From NCBI GenBank assembly GCA_900088475.1, contig FLMG01001221.1:1-64000 (forward strand): a stretch of 64,000 bases of DNA, read 5' to 3'. Origin of the DNA: Hyphochytrium catenoides. Its lineage: Eukaryota > Protista > Hyphochytriomycota. The notes below the pieces were generated by a model, which had not been told where the DNA came from, made no database searches, and saw only the letters and a list, made by a program, of their open reading frames with translations. Below, piece after piece: positions 1-12,339 of this stretch (positions are counted from its first letter, which is position 1; every line of letters begins with the position of its first letter). The position numbers were made by a program, and so were the translations under genes.

Positions 1-658
1 TCTGTACGCTCTCTTCGCAGCGTTCGTGATGCTTCGACAGTCGTCTTTTGCAATCTTTAGCTTATTCGTCAGGGCGCTGTGGTCTGTAGATGCAATGCTT
101 TTCATGGCGGAGAATTTTCTCTTCTCAATCTCTCTAACAGCGGTACTCTGCTTTCGTTTTTCCCAAATTCTTGTGACGTTCATAACTTTCTTGTCGACTG
201 CTCAGACCTTCCTAATGTATGACGGCTACCCTGTCGGTCTCAGAAAAGGGATGAGGGTGCCACTTGTCATTTGGAGCTTGGGCTGGGCACTGATCCTCCC
301 CCTTATCTACTTTGAGTACCCTCCTCAGATGTGCGACTACCACTTAGATCTATTGCACGGACTTGTAGACCCGGCAGACAATACAGTGCCTCGCTCTACT
401 TGGAGCATCTCAGTCAAGGAAGTGTGCCTCAATAGAGGCTTTACGCTGCTGTTACTTATGATCCGGACAACCTACCTGGCTTTTAAACATCCCAACGACT
501 GTGTCTTTATTAGAAGCAGGATCAGAGTGCTAGAGATTCCGATGGCCTCTCACATTAAAGGGGCCGGAGATTGCATAGGGAGCAGCGTCAGTCCGCAACC
601 AGACCGTCAACAGAAAGATGGGGCACCGCCGGACAAGCTTCAAGCGGTCGGTGAATAA
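1..658 (+). CDS. Multi-pass membrane protein, probably 5'-truncated by the window edge; same family as 40162-42018
   Basis: Alternating hydrophobic segments. Motifs parallel the second half of the 40162 protein: ALWSVDAMLFMAENFLFSISL vs WLFESFDVLFISIQYSLFCISL, and SVKEVCLNRGFTLLLLMIR vs DNVTFTVSRLVTVIPFSFR. Confidence 0.65.
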   Translation, partial: LYALFAAFVMLRQSSFAIFSLFVRALWSVDAMLFMAENFLFSISLTAVLCFRFSQILVTFITFLSTAQTFLMYDGYPVGLRKGMRVPLVIWSLGWALILPLIYFEYPPQMCDYHLDLLHGLVDPADNTVPRSTWSISVKEVCLNRGFTLLLLMIRTTYLAFKHPNDCVFIRSRIRVLEIPMASHIKGAGDCIGSSVSPQPDRQQKDGAPPDKLQAVGE

Positions 659-1766
659 TGAAGAGACTATAAGGAAAGAGGACTATGGTGCAGAAGCTGG
701 ACTAGGAGAAAGACTAAGTGGGAAGCTTAGGCTTAGAAGCAGTTGGCTTTGTTTCTCCGACGGTGCCATTCCCACCTCCAACCAGAGTGGATGGTAGAGA
801 TAGAAAAGGAAGCGTTTCCTCAGGCCCGCTACGACTATTAATAGCGTAAGAAAAACGGAGAAACACTTCCTTCTTTGTCAGTAACGCCTTCACTGTCTTC
901 AATGACTTCTGAATAATAGTTTGATATCGGTCTTAAGAGTTGGATGACCGTCGGAGAGGCGTGATGCCCAGCGCCCATCTCATCTAATCCGCCGTCGATT
1001 CCACCAGCGGCTAGCAGGAGAGGCAAAGAGGAAAGAGGAGTTAGGTGCTGACATTCTCTATTCTTCCAGGACTAGTGTCCACCTTTGAAGCCCATCCTAC
1101 TACCCCCGCGAGGAAACCTCAACGACGATTGCTACCAAAGTCCAATGTTGTGACGTTGATCAACAACGGCCACCCTACAAAAGGCTTGTAGCGGTCGGCA
1201 CTGTAGTAGCACCTTAAGGCGTAAGAATGGACTCCTCTTACCGCAGATTTTCCTCCGTCCCAGTTGTTGTTTATGATGGCAGGTCTCTACTACCTCTTAT
1301 AGCTAGCAGTGAACCTCTTCTTGCTTACTCCTTGTCCTTGATGACACGCACCAGCGCCCCGGATGTTGTGGCTGTCGCCCTGTGGCTGTTTGCTCGCTCC
1401 GTCCTTTCTTAGTCTCAAGCTTGTCTTCTCTCTCGCCCAGACGGCTTTTTCCGTCGTATCTTGCGACCATCTCTCTCGCGCAAGCTGTCGCTGCCTGTGT
1501 CTATAAAGACATAAGGATCGCTCTGCCTTGTCTTCCTGGATATATCTTCCTCTAGTTCGTTATCATGGTCATAGCCCTGAGAAGCGGCAACCTCGAATAA
1601 CTCTTAGCCGACCGTGTGTCGTCCTAGTCTCTACTTCCTCCTTAGCTATTAGCAAGGGAGACCACTGGGAGTGCTGCTGAAAGGTTCATCTTTATAAAAA
1701 ATGATAGCAAAAAACGGACCCTCGAAAAAGGATATGACGTGTGATCCCGCTATGAATGTGGCTTCT

Positions 1767-2147
1767 TTACTGCTGCTTCTCAGCTCTGAAAAGCCTTGTA
1801 TTGCCAACAAGGACCTCGAGTCTCATATTCCTGCAGTGGCCGGTCGTCTGGCAGGAAAAGTAGTACGAATCTCCGGACGTAGCTGTCTCGGGTACGGTGA
1901 ACTGAAAACCTGAAGACCCAGTGCGAGCGAGTTGCGTGCTTGCTCTGCAGCTCTCAAAGTCAGTGTCAGATGCGTGAGACCATACATTGTGCGCAGGGCC
2001 AAACTTGAAGTCAATCACGTCGCCAGGGGCAGCCACCTGGGTTTGTTTGCCGAACGAGGTGTTCCAGTTGACGGTGAAGGTGGTCTTGGCGCTGGCCAGC
2101 TGAGCGACCGAGGCGAGAGCTGCGAGAAGAGCGAGGATACGAGCCAT
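1767..2147 (-). CDS. Secreted plastocyanin-like (phytocyanin-type) blue copper protein
   Basis: Signal peptide MARILALLAALASVAQLASA. Cupredoxin motifs GDVIDFKF..AHNV and YYFSCQTTGHCRNMRLEV give a His/Cys/His/Met type-1 Cu set, plus a Cys pair for the disulfide. Confidence 0.85.
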   Translation of the reverse strand: MARILALLAALASVAQLASAKTTFTVNWNTSFGKQTQVAAPGDVIDFKFGPAHNVWSHASDTDFESCRASTQLARTGSSGFQFTVPETATSGDSYYFSCQTTGHCRNMRLEVLVGNTRLFRAEKQQ

Positions 2148-2849
2148 TCTTCTTGCGGTTGAAGCAGTAGACACGGTGCCCGAGATGGTTGACTTGGTTG
2201 GGCTTTGAGTTGTTTGGCGGATTATAGCTTGTATTGTGAGATGTCAGAGGGATTATCACTTCAACAACAACAGCGGACGATTGGGAGAGAGTGAAGAGAA
2301 GGAGAACGAGAGCTGAGGGCTTCTACTCCGAACCGAAGGTAGAGAGAGAACAGAAGGCATCCTAGAGACAGTAGAACTCAAGACGGGGAAAACACTGATG
2401 AAGAGGGCAGCAGCAAAGGTTGGCAGGGAGAAAGACAGAGCTCACGAAGAGACTGAGGGCCAGAGCGCAGATGTCATCTGTTCCTGGCCTCTCCCTTCGT
2501 CTTCTCGTAAAGTCGTGACCAGAGACCGCACGTAAGGCGTTTCCGCCGTCAGAAGGTACGTAGCAAAAGGAGGCAGGGATAAAGGTATGATGAGGTGGGG
2601 AAAGAAAGAAAGTCACCAAGTGAGAGAGAGGGACGGGGAGCATAGAGAGGAGAGGGAGAGCGAGAGGCAGCATGAGCGAGAAAGAGAGGGAGAAAGACTT
2701 TAGACTATCTCATTGTACGAGAGGAGTCGTACATCACTGCAAGTCCGAAGTCGATCTTCTTTTAGTCATTCTTTTCCCTCAGTAAGATGCGCTGAACGAC
2801 ACGAAAGGCGCTATGGGGCTTTATCTTCTCCATTCTTTTCTTCCTCTGT

Positions 2850-2940
2850 CTGTGTCTCTCTCTCTCTCTCTCTCCCACCTCTCTCTCGCTCTCTTGCTCC
2901 ATCCCTTTTCCTGTCCTCTCTCTTTTCTTTCTTCCTCTCA
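2850..2940 (+). repeat. (CT)n-rich microsatellite / pyrimidine tract
   Basis: Direct reading of the sequence. Confidence 0.85.
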
Positions 2941-5127
2941 CAACTCACTCTATCTATTTCCATCTAGCTACCTACCTCTTTCCTTTCCTCATTGTCCCTC
3001 TTCCTCAATGATTGAATTCCTTCAAATAGAGCGTCAAAGATCATTCACTACTTGTACTGTTTGGAAACAATGAAACAGTACGTTATATCGGCGACATACT
3101 ATCACCCTTAGCCTACCGCGATAATAGTGACCGTCCGTTTGAGAAATTGGGTAGAGACTTTATTGTTGGAATCGCCCTGTATCCGAGGCCAGAAAGCAGA
3201 AGCAGCAGCGAATAAACGATAACTCTTTCTTCTCACGGTTGACTTCTTAGGTACAATAGAACTAGCCGAGCAGGAGGAGGATTTGCTGGCTTCACCACAA
3301 TGGTGATGATCTCCTTCTCATTCGCGTGTGTCTCATTCTCTTCCTCTCTTTCTCTTGAACATTCTTCTGACTTCTGACTGCTGACTAAGACAATATCTAC
3401 GCCGTCCATCGTAATAAGAGCCCCAGGAAAGACTTTCTCTCAGCAACTGTTTTCTAAGGGAGAACAGGATTGTCCAATTTGCTTGTGCATGTAAATCTGC
3501 TAGGAGAAGCAGGCTAAATCGTAGTGGGTTCTGATGGTTGTTCTACTACTGGTCAACAATAAGGCCCGTGCTCTTACAATAGGCATTCCTCAACCTTGAG
3601 TTTGCAGTTCTAGAAGATTAGAGGAACACTTGGAGCGGCGGCTTTTACTTCTATTATTTTTTGTTATCTGGAAAAAGAAAAGTCTTTCAGCGCTCCCAGT
3701 TATCTCGAACGTCTGGTTGGGCGCGCTGCTCCTCTGTTTTGATGAGAAGAAGCTATAGAAACAGAACAGATAGACTCTACGGCAGCCTGGCCTTAGCAGC
3801 AGAACATGAGTGAGAGCAATCCATCTTTTGGGGGGATCTGGAGAGGCGGAGGGTAAAAAGGGAATCACTTTGTTCATGCTCTGTCGGAACAAGAGGTCGT
3901 CACCACACGCTCACACCTTTGACCAAGCAACAAGGAACATACCGTAGCCCGTGGGCTGTAGAACTAAAGAACGGTTGTTCTCTTACGCGACATTGTTGTG
4001 GTTGTTGGCACCCAATCATTATCCCTTATTATGCAGCTTGGTGGAAGGGGGGAGCGGGTGAAGGGTACCAGGCTACAAAGTGCACCATTGCAAGGTCATC
4101 ACAGTCGTGACCCACTTCACAATAACCCAGTGGTAACGGCTGACTGTCTTGCCGAAGGAGGACGGCCGCTGGAGTTTTTGTCATCAAAAACTTTCCTTGA
4201 CATCCAAACACCACGATATCCTCATCAGAAGTTTTGACATTGAGTGAGCAGGAGGAGGAATGAATGCAGCAGAGGGTTTGGGTCAACCCATTCATCAATA
4301 GAATAGTGGCGAGATTCTTCCGCCCAACGCTTGATGAGGAACTGATGCTGACCCCTTGTCCAAAGGAGAAGATGACAATAAGGGTCCATGAAGGAGGTCT
4401 ACCAATAACGAACGACCCAGAGCCATCTCACCCTATGTACATTCTATCCTTATTATCCTCAACTCCAACGAACACCAGCAAGGTTAGTAGTAAAGTGGTG
4501 GGTGGTGCTCGCTCGCTGGGTGCTTGCCGCCCAAGAGGACGAGCTCTAGCAACCAGTCTCCTTCTTTCTTGCTCCTTTTTGTTCTATTTTTCAGTCCCGT
4601 CTTGGCTAATAACACTGCGGCTGTTGGCAGCTCTCCTCTGCAACAGACTACTACTACAGCGTGGTTATCATAGGCCCGTTGTTCATTTTTAAAGGAAGTT
4701 AGAGTCGCCGTTGATTGTGGATGGCGTTGCCGTGCCTGACGGCTGGATTGTTCAGAGAGTCTTTTGGACGACCGATGGCCCCCGCGGTGTCGTGGCAGTA
4801 CTATCTTCTTCTTTTTGACCTGCTTCTAAATAGCCCGCCTGAATTGTGCCCGCTCCCTACTGGTAAGGCATCATAAGAAGTGATGATCATCTATTATAGG
4901 AAGGGTGGTCAACGGAAGCCAACCACCATGAGAAGAGATGAACTGATGCTTCCTTTATCATCATGGTCTTCCGAAGATTAATAGTTCCACCAGTACCTTC
5001 AGCAGCCCTATTTTTGATGCTGCTAATGACAGGTGGTAGGAACTACTAGAACTATCGTATTTCAATCTTTTATGAAAGAGCAAGAAGGCTGCTAAGAAAT
5101 TGTAGTTCTAGGGGCAGCATCTCCTGC

Positions 5128-5145
5128 TTAGGGTTAGGGTTAGGG
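5128..5145 (+). repeat. Interstitial telomere-like (TTAGGG)3
   Basis: ttagggttagggttaggg. Confidence 0.6.
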
Positions 5146-6013
5146 TTTATCTCTCTAAGAGTATTATGAAGGACGATAGTCCTAGTAGTTCTGAGGAAGA
5201 CGTCATGCATTTTTGACCAAGGTTTTGAGAGTACTTGTACTTGCACCTGCACAAACCCCTGTTAACTCAGTCAGACTTTCATGATGGTCACGTATAAACT
5301 ATTCATGTGCAAGTACTCATACTTACAAATATAACACAGAATACCGGGTAGCACTTATATAAAACTTACAATTCAGTGCTTTGGCTGTTTTGCTGGAAAC
5401 AGTCTATCCCGAGCCTCCTCACCCTGTTAACCCTAATCTCAACCTTGGAATGACAGAAAGCTCGGGTTAGTACCCGTTAAGCTCCTATCCGGGTGCGGCA
5501 CGGGGTCCTCTCCTAAAATCCGTTTCACCATCTCTTGCACTTCCTGCTTGTGTCGCCGCTCTTGAAGTCCTTTCCATTCCAAAAAGGGAGGACTCACACA
5601 TTGCCCATGGCCAGCCCAACAGCCAGCCAGCTCCCAGGAGGTCTGTCTGCCGCTATTGAGCAAGCTACAGATCCTTAGTGCCCTCCTCCGTCCAGCACTA
5701 TAGTATGCTAAGCTTCTAATCTCCATCTCCTCCCTCTTTCTGCCCTCCTATTATCGCCCGACGGCAGATCTTGCTCTTGGCTGCCTGCTCCTGACGCTGA
5801 GTGCGGAGTGAAGCAAGTGTCGCATCGAGCAACTTTGTGGAGGTCTCTGAACGCGCTCGTATCCCGCACTTATTATCAATTTTCAAGAGAAGCATCACAC
5901 TTTTGCAGAGTTCGCTGTTGCCCTCGGCCAAAGACATAAGTGAAGACGCATTGGAGCAAACTGACGGACGCGAAACCTAAAAGGGTCAGGACTCAAACTT
6001 ATTCATCACGAAG

Positions 6014-9000
6014 ATGCCGGCTGCTGGCCTTCCCTCGTCAGCGCCAAGGGAGGCAGTTCCTGTCACTCCGCTCACAACAGCTGAAGATGCACAGGACTTT
6101 TTATCCAGACAAAACTTTAAGAGTCTTATTGAATGGATTACGGCTGAAGTAAGATCACGGATCTCCTTCCTCACTTCATTATTGAGTTGTTCCCTTGGGC
6201 TTTCTATTATCCTATTCTTTCTTACCGCTGTATGCAGCGTACTTGTGAGCGTATCATCGTTTGCCCACACGTCTCATCTCTGGTCTTCTCCCGCTGACAT
6301 TCACTCCTCTCGTTTTCTCAAACACATATGGTCGTGCAGACCATCCTCAGCCGACCAGATGATCCGCTGGAGTTTGTCAAGCGGTTAGTTGATACGAAGA
6401 TCACAGAGGTACGATGTGTTGCAGTCTGGTTGCCGGAGAAGTTATCAAGCGGGGGTGACTGACGCTTACTCTGACGACCATGAACTCTGCTCCCCCTCCT
6501 CTTAGCGGAGCGGCAAGCCGTACAAACCACAGGATGCAACGGATTACGTTCGAGAATGCTATGCGGAGGCAAGGTAATAACGTCCTCTGCCCTTAGACTT
6601 GTCTGTTGGCAGTTTCTCAATAGCGTCACTTTTATGCCCGCACCCCCGGCTTAACGCTGCTTAAACCAGCGCTTCGGCGGACGAGAATGGTCGCATTCAC
6701 ACCAAGAGTCTCCCACCTGCTAGGTAAATCAACCAACTATTCCAACCCTCACTTGCAGCTTGTGGGTCTTGATCTTAGGCTTGTTCCGCGGTGCCCCTCG
6801 ATGACTTTTTTATTAGGAGCCCTGGCTCCCTTATCATCCCTCTAACTGCTTCCCCGTTGCCAGCATGGTTGAGACAAAGCCATCAGCCTCCTCAGCCCGG
6901 CTTGCCTACCTGGAGGAGTGCATTAAAGTATGCCGCAAGATCGCAATGCAGACAGATCCCAAAGAAGGTAAGTAAAACGGCTATAGGGATGCAGAACTGA
7001 ACAAGAGGGCAGACAGATCCTATTAATTGCGAAAGATCAGTGTGCCAAGTATTCATGTTGGTCACTAATTACGTGTTTCTCTAGCTGAGGATCTCCTCAT
7101 TCAAGAGCTCCTTCGGATCTTACAGGCAGAACGAGCCACGATATATACGATGGTCAGTTCCTCACTCAAAGTGGTTCGCCTCGCCACTAGCCCTGACACT
7201 TCTACTACCTGCCCTCTCCCCGCAGAATGAAGCTGGAACAGAGCTCCGGCTCCTCGTAGCGGAGGGAGCTAAAGATATAAGAGTCAAAGTTGGCCATGTC
7301 AGTATACGCTCTATCATCTCTTGGTCCCTTCTTTGGACTTGCCCGTATTCGACTGTCTGCCAACAAGAGTACTTGTCAGCTTCTAATGGCTATCCTCTGT
7401 ATTAGTTGATGTAAACGCATTGCTCATATCCAGCCTTCCCAGTGTGTTCGTGACATCTATCTGACCCGAGGACATGTCTTTCGTTAGTCTATTGCCGGGA
7501 CAGTGGCCCAGTCAAAGGAGATACTAAACATTCCAGATGCGCACAAAGACCCGCGGTTCGACACTCACTACGATGAGATAACAAACTTCAGGTTATGACA
7601 GCTCCCCCGCAAGTATGAGGGCATTTATGTGCTTATCAGCCGATTGCTGTGCAGGTCCAAGGCTGTTTTAGCAGCCCCGATCACAGACGGCAAAGGAAAT
7701 GTCGTAGGTGCGCATTCGTATAGTTTTGGCGTCTTAGTGCTATCTCTCCTGTCCTTATAGAGTGTACTAACTATCTCGTCCTTCTATCCGAACAAGCAAC
7801 CTTCTATCTCAGTCCTGCCTCCCTGTTCCCCGTACAAACTTCCCTGATTCCGTAGCCTATCCTCTTGAACTCTGAGAGCTTCTCTTTGTGACTATTCATG
7901 TTTATAATGTTTGCTATTACTTTCTTGCCTTCGGGGCAGCTTCATTTTCCCGATCCTTTTCCAGCCAATGCTGACGGATCCTCTGTGCTTCGATGTATCC
8001 CTTGTCTTGGCTCCAGGGGTGGTCCAAGTGATCAACCGGCTGAACTCCGAGCCCTTCACGGCTATGGACGAGGAGATCATCTCCATCCTCGCCTCACAGG
8101 CTGGTATTGCCATCCAGAACACAAAGCTTCTGCAGGATGCAATGAAGAATCATCAGAAAGTCCAATATATCCTCGAGGTCCGCGATCTGCCTCTAACCTC
8201 TCCATTCAGCCGCTTTTTCGCTCTCTCCTGTACTCTGCAGATTGAAGGTGGAGATGACAGGCCGCTTAGCGCCCTTTTTTCTGCCTCACTCACTTCCGTG
8301 GCCGACTTTTAATCCTCATGGCGCTAATTACCGGTTCCCCTGAGCCTCACTCGCTTTGCGACTCATCATCTCCTGCGTCACACATGGCCTCTTAACAGGT
8401 GATCCAAGCCATCCAGACGAATGTCCTGGGCCCGACCTCGTTGATGTTCACCATCCAGCAACGTGCACCAGCTCTTGCAGAGGCAGACCGCTGTACACTC
8501 TTCTTAGCGGACCGCAAGTCCAACTCCCTCATTTCCGTTGTGGGTGATGTTAACATTGCAATTCCTCTGAATGAGGGCATTGCGGGAGCAGTGGCTACAT
8601 CTGGAGAGGTTATCAACATTGCCGATTGCTACTCTGATCCAAGATTCAGTCCGGTAGGTCCTATTTTAGCTTGCTCCTGGCCCTTCTTCTCGTTTCCCTC
8701 CCATTTGGACAGAGGGAATAACGACTAAGGTTGCCTATCCTTGTCTGAGCTCTTGTCTCTACTTCTATCGCTTTCCTATAGTAGCTTGTCAGTCTGACCG
8801 CACCATGCCAAAAGTGGCCCGAACTCAAAATAGCGTTACACCTTGTCCGCACTATCAGGCTGTTGACAAGGAGACAGGATACCTTACTCGGAACATGCTC
8901 TGCATGCCAATCTTTGGCTCGGATAACAGCAGCATCATTGGCGTCCTGCAGCTGATCAATAAGTCAAACAGCAACTTTGACCAGGAGGATGAGAGAGTGA

Positions 9001-9200
9001 TAGGCATTTTCCTCAAAAGCGTCGGCGTGATCCTTGAGCAGAGCTCACTCATGAGGACCAGCAACGTCCCTGCAGATGGAGACGAGGCAACAGGAAAACT
9101 ATTGCTCAATACCGGTGGCAAGGTTCTAGCTATTGAGCCTAGCATTGCAGAGACGGATGAGGAGGATGAGGGAAGGAGGCAGAGTGTCCTAACAGATTAG
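6014..9200 (+). CDS. RIIa/Dpy-30-type dimerisation/docking (D/D) domain + two tandem GAF domains, about 494 aa, 12 exons
   Basis: Hand-spliced GT-AG exons 6014-6148, 6340-6408, 6506-6573, 6670-6723, 6864-6967, 7085-7152, 7226-7297, 7488-7591, 7655-7707, 8017-8177, 8399-8653 and 8859-9200 total 1485 nt in one open frame. D/D motif FLSRQNFKSLIEWITAETILSRPDDPLEFV. GAF motifs IAGTVA..LNIPDAHKDPRF..VINR..F...DE and GIAGAVA..INIADCYSDPRF..LINK..F...DE. Confidence 0.85.
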
Positions 9201-9559
9201 GCATAAAATGACATAGGACACTAATCACAGCGGACACAAGGATGTCGTTAATATATTCAGTCACTATTCTTTTTTAGTGTCTGACTGCCTCATACTGAAC
9301 AAAGAGCTGACAGCGCTATCAGTGTAAAAATATCTGGCCTGCTTCGGTCGCGCCTATTCTTTTGGCAGCAATGTTTCATCGCAGGACAGAAGAGTGAGAA
9401 CCCCAAAACGTGCCTTGTAGCTCTGCGCTTAGTGGCATCCTCGAGAAAGTTGTCTCTGTGCGTTCTGATGCAATAAGCTAGTGCTGATAATGAGAAAGCA
9501 AACTGCTTGCACTTCGCTGTAAATGGCCGAAGATGAAAGTAAATAGATAGGANNNNNNN

Positions 9560-12339
9560 GGGCTGGGCCCGAGGTGTCCTTTAGCGGATCTCCTACAGTG
9601 TCGCCCACGACAGCAGCCTTGTGGACTTCACTGCCTTTGCCCTGTACCTGTATTGAGAAAAGGTCAAGACTTGTTAGCCAGGTCCTGCCAACAACTTCAG
9701 AGCAGCAGGGGAATATTTGCACTAAAACTATGCAAAGATGCTGGAGAGTCAACGTCCTACCTGCATAATTCCCGCCTTGCCCCTAGTCTTTAGCTCGCCT
9801 TTCTCTATGTACTTCTTGGCGTTATCCCACGCTCCTCCAGTGTTACTTTGCGAAATGGCGAGCTGCACGCCAGACAACAGTGCTCCGACAAGCAGACCGC
9901 TAACAGCCTCCACTCCAAACAAAGTCCCCGTCACGAGCGGAGATAGAATGACGATAAGTGCTGGCAGTATCATTTCCTTTAACGCTGCGTCTGTAGAGAT
10001 CTTCACGCATCTGTGGGACCAGAGCAGGCATCGACACAGCACAAAAGTTTAGGTGCTAGCCATCGTGAGGAGGCCGAATAAGTAAGCATCGTAGAGGACG
10101 GTGTAACTCTGAGCGAGACAGGAACGTAACGGAACGAGCTGTATACTCTGGGGCTATTCGACTCACCTTGCATGGTCAGGCTCACCGTGGCCAGGTGTGC
10201 CAGCTAATAGGCCAGGAATAGTTTCAAACTGTCTCTGTACCTCCTTCACCATCTTCATGGCTGCTAGACCCACACTCTTCATCGTAAGGGCAGTGAACCA
10301 GTAAGGCAACATCGCCCCAACGAAGAGAAAGGCGAAGGTGATGGGACGAAGAAAATTAACGCCTACAGATGCCAGGCCTATCCGTGTTATAAAGCTACCA
10401 AATAGTGAGAGTGAGACCAAAGCCGCAGATCCAATGGCAAAGCCTTTCCCTATGGCGGCTGTCGTGTTCCCAGCAGCATCGAGGGCGTCCGTCTTCCCTC
10501 TTACCTCTGAGGGCAACTGAGACATTTCAGCAATTCCCCCAGCGTTGTCGCAGACAGGACCGTACACGTCTATTGAGAGACACGTAGCCAAAGTTCCCAA
10601 CATTCCCAGGGCACAGACAGCAACGCCATACATCTCTCCTTGCGAGAAAGAGACGAAGATGCAGATCGCGATGACCGCAATGGGAAAGATGGTGGAACGG
10701 TAGCCCAGAGATAATCCGTAAATAATGTTTGTCGCGGCCCCAGTTTCAGAAGCCTGCGCTACCTCGCGGACAGGAGAATAAGAATGTGACGTATAGAACT
10801 CGGTGGCAAAGCCAATAAGGCATCCTCCCCAGGTCCCTGCAGCCACACAGAGGAAGACATTCAAAGGAGAGACATTTAAGCTCTCTCCCTCCGCCTGCCC
10901 AGGACCGCCAATAGTAAAGGTGTCTGGAAGCAGGAGGTAACAGACCGGCAAAGCACCTAAGGACGCTAAGAGAGTAGAAAGAAACAATTGCAGTTTAAGG
11001 ACCCTCTCTACGTCCTGCTCTTTCTTGACAGGAAAGAATATCATGCCAATCGCGGATGTCAGCATAGAGGCCACGATACCCATGGCACTGAAGGCTACCG
11101 GGAACAACAGAGCAGGGAGACCCTCGTTAACCAGTTCCTTCGAGGTGGCTGAGATTACCATAATTGCGCATGTGCTCTCAGCGAACGAGCCAAAGAGATC
11201 GGCACCCATTCCAGCCACATCTCCCACATTGTCCCCGACATTATCGGCTATCGTGGCTGGATTCCGTGGGTCATCTTCAGGAATATTCTCTATGACTTTG
11301 CCTGCCAAATCTGCTCCGACGTCCGCCGCTTTCGTGTAGATCCCGCCACCCACTCGACCAAATAGAGCAACGCAGGATGCTCCCAAGCCAAATCCGGTCA
11401 GGCACTCGAAGACGTGTTGAGCATTCTATTGAGAGGTGAAGCGTTGAGGGAGCAGCGGAAAGGTCATCAGGATGGTGTCCATAGGGCACAGTACAAAGGG
11501 TGATCAATGTTCAAAATGAGAGCAAAGGAGGAGCACCGACCATACAGCTGGAAGAGTAGAAATGATGAAACTTGACCAGAAAACGTCCAGCACTGGCTTA
11601 CACAGACCCAGAAAGAGCAAATTGTGCCCCTGTTATGGAGGACATGGTAGGCGAGGATACAAGGATAAGTTCTCTTCGTACCTTCATCATTGTCCCCTCT
11701 TGATCAATGGGCATCACAACGAGGAACACCCTGATGAGTGCATAGAGTACCAAGATCCCCATTGCCACTAAAGAGAAGCCCATGACACTGCCAGCTCTGA
11801 ATGCGCAGTTAAACCCATCCCTCCAGCCTCTCTCTCCCTCTCTGGCGCAGCAGACAGTCGTCCTCGCATTAGAGAAGACAGCGACAGACATACCAACATA
11901 CCCAGAAGCGATAGATGTGAGACCTCCACAGAAGAATGCAAGGAAAGAAAGGCCGCCGTACTGCCAGTCCCAGTCTCCCTTACTCTTGGAAGTGAGAAAG
12001 AACACGACAGCCCCAAAGATGAGCATAAACGCAAGGCACACGGTATATTCGGCCTTCAAGAAGGCTCTTGCACCATTCTGTATGTGCTTGTGGACAGAAG
12101 TCAGCGTTTCGGCTGAGGCACCCGAGATGTAGGAGACTGATGGTGGGATCTTCACCCTTGAGATGATCGTGAACTGGATGAGTGCATAGAGAAGCCCATC
12201 CACCGCACAAAGGAGGATAAAGGCGGAAGTGACCAGATCGGAGAGCACCTGCAGGGCAGAGGTTGGTCGGCAGAGGAATTATCTCAAGTTAGAAGGGCTA
12301 TTTATGGGCGGAGAGAGTATACATGAGTGCACGCACCAT
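9560..12339 (-). CDS. VP1: Membrane H+-translocating pyrophosphatase, K+-dependent type; 3' end lost at the N gap 9553-9559
   Basis: Motifs [65 protein letters not shown] and [14 protein letters not shown]. Exons 12339-12337 (ATG only), 12248-11682, 11425-10167, 10010-9761 and 9647-gap keep frame. Confidence 0.95.

Noticed and set aside
3000-5100. Short ORFs, possible decayed transposon
   Set aside because: No RT, integrase or transposase motif recognisable.
9429-9552. Apparent novel C-terminal extension of the H+-PPase
   Set aside because: Artefact of translating through the N gap; the true last TM helix is missing from the assembly.
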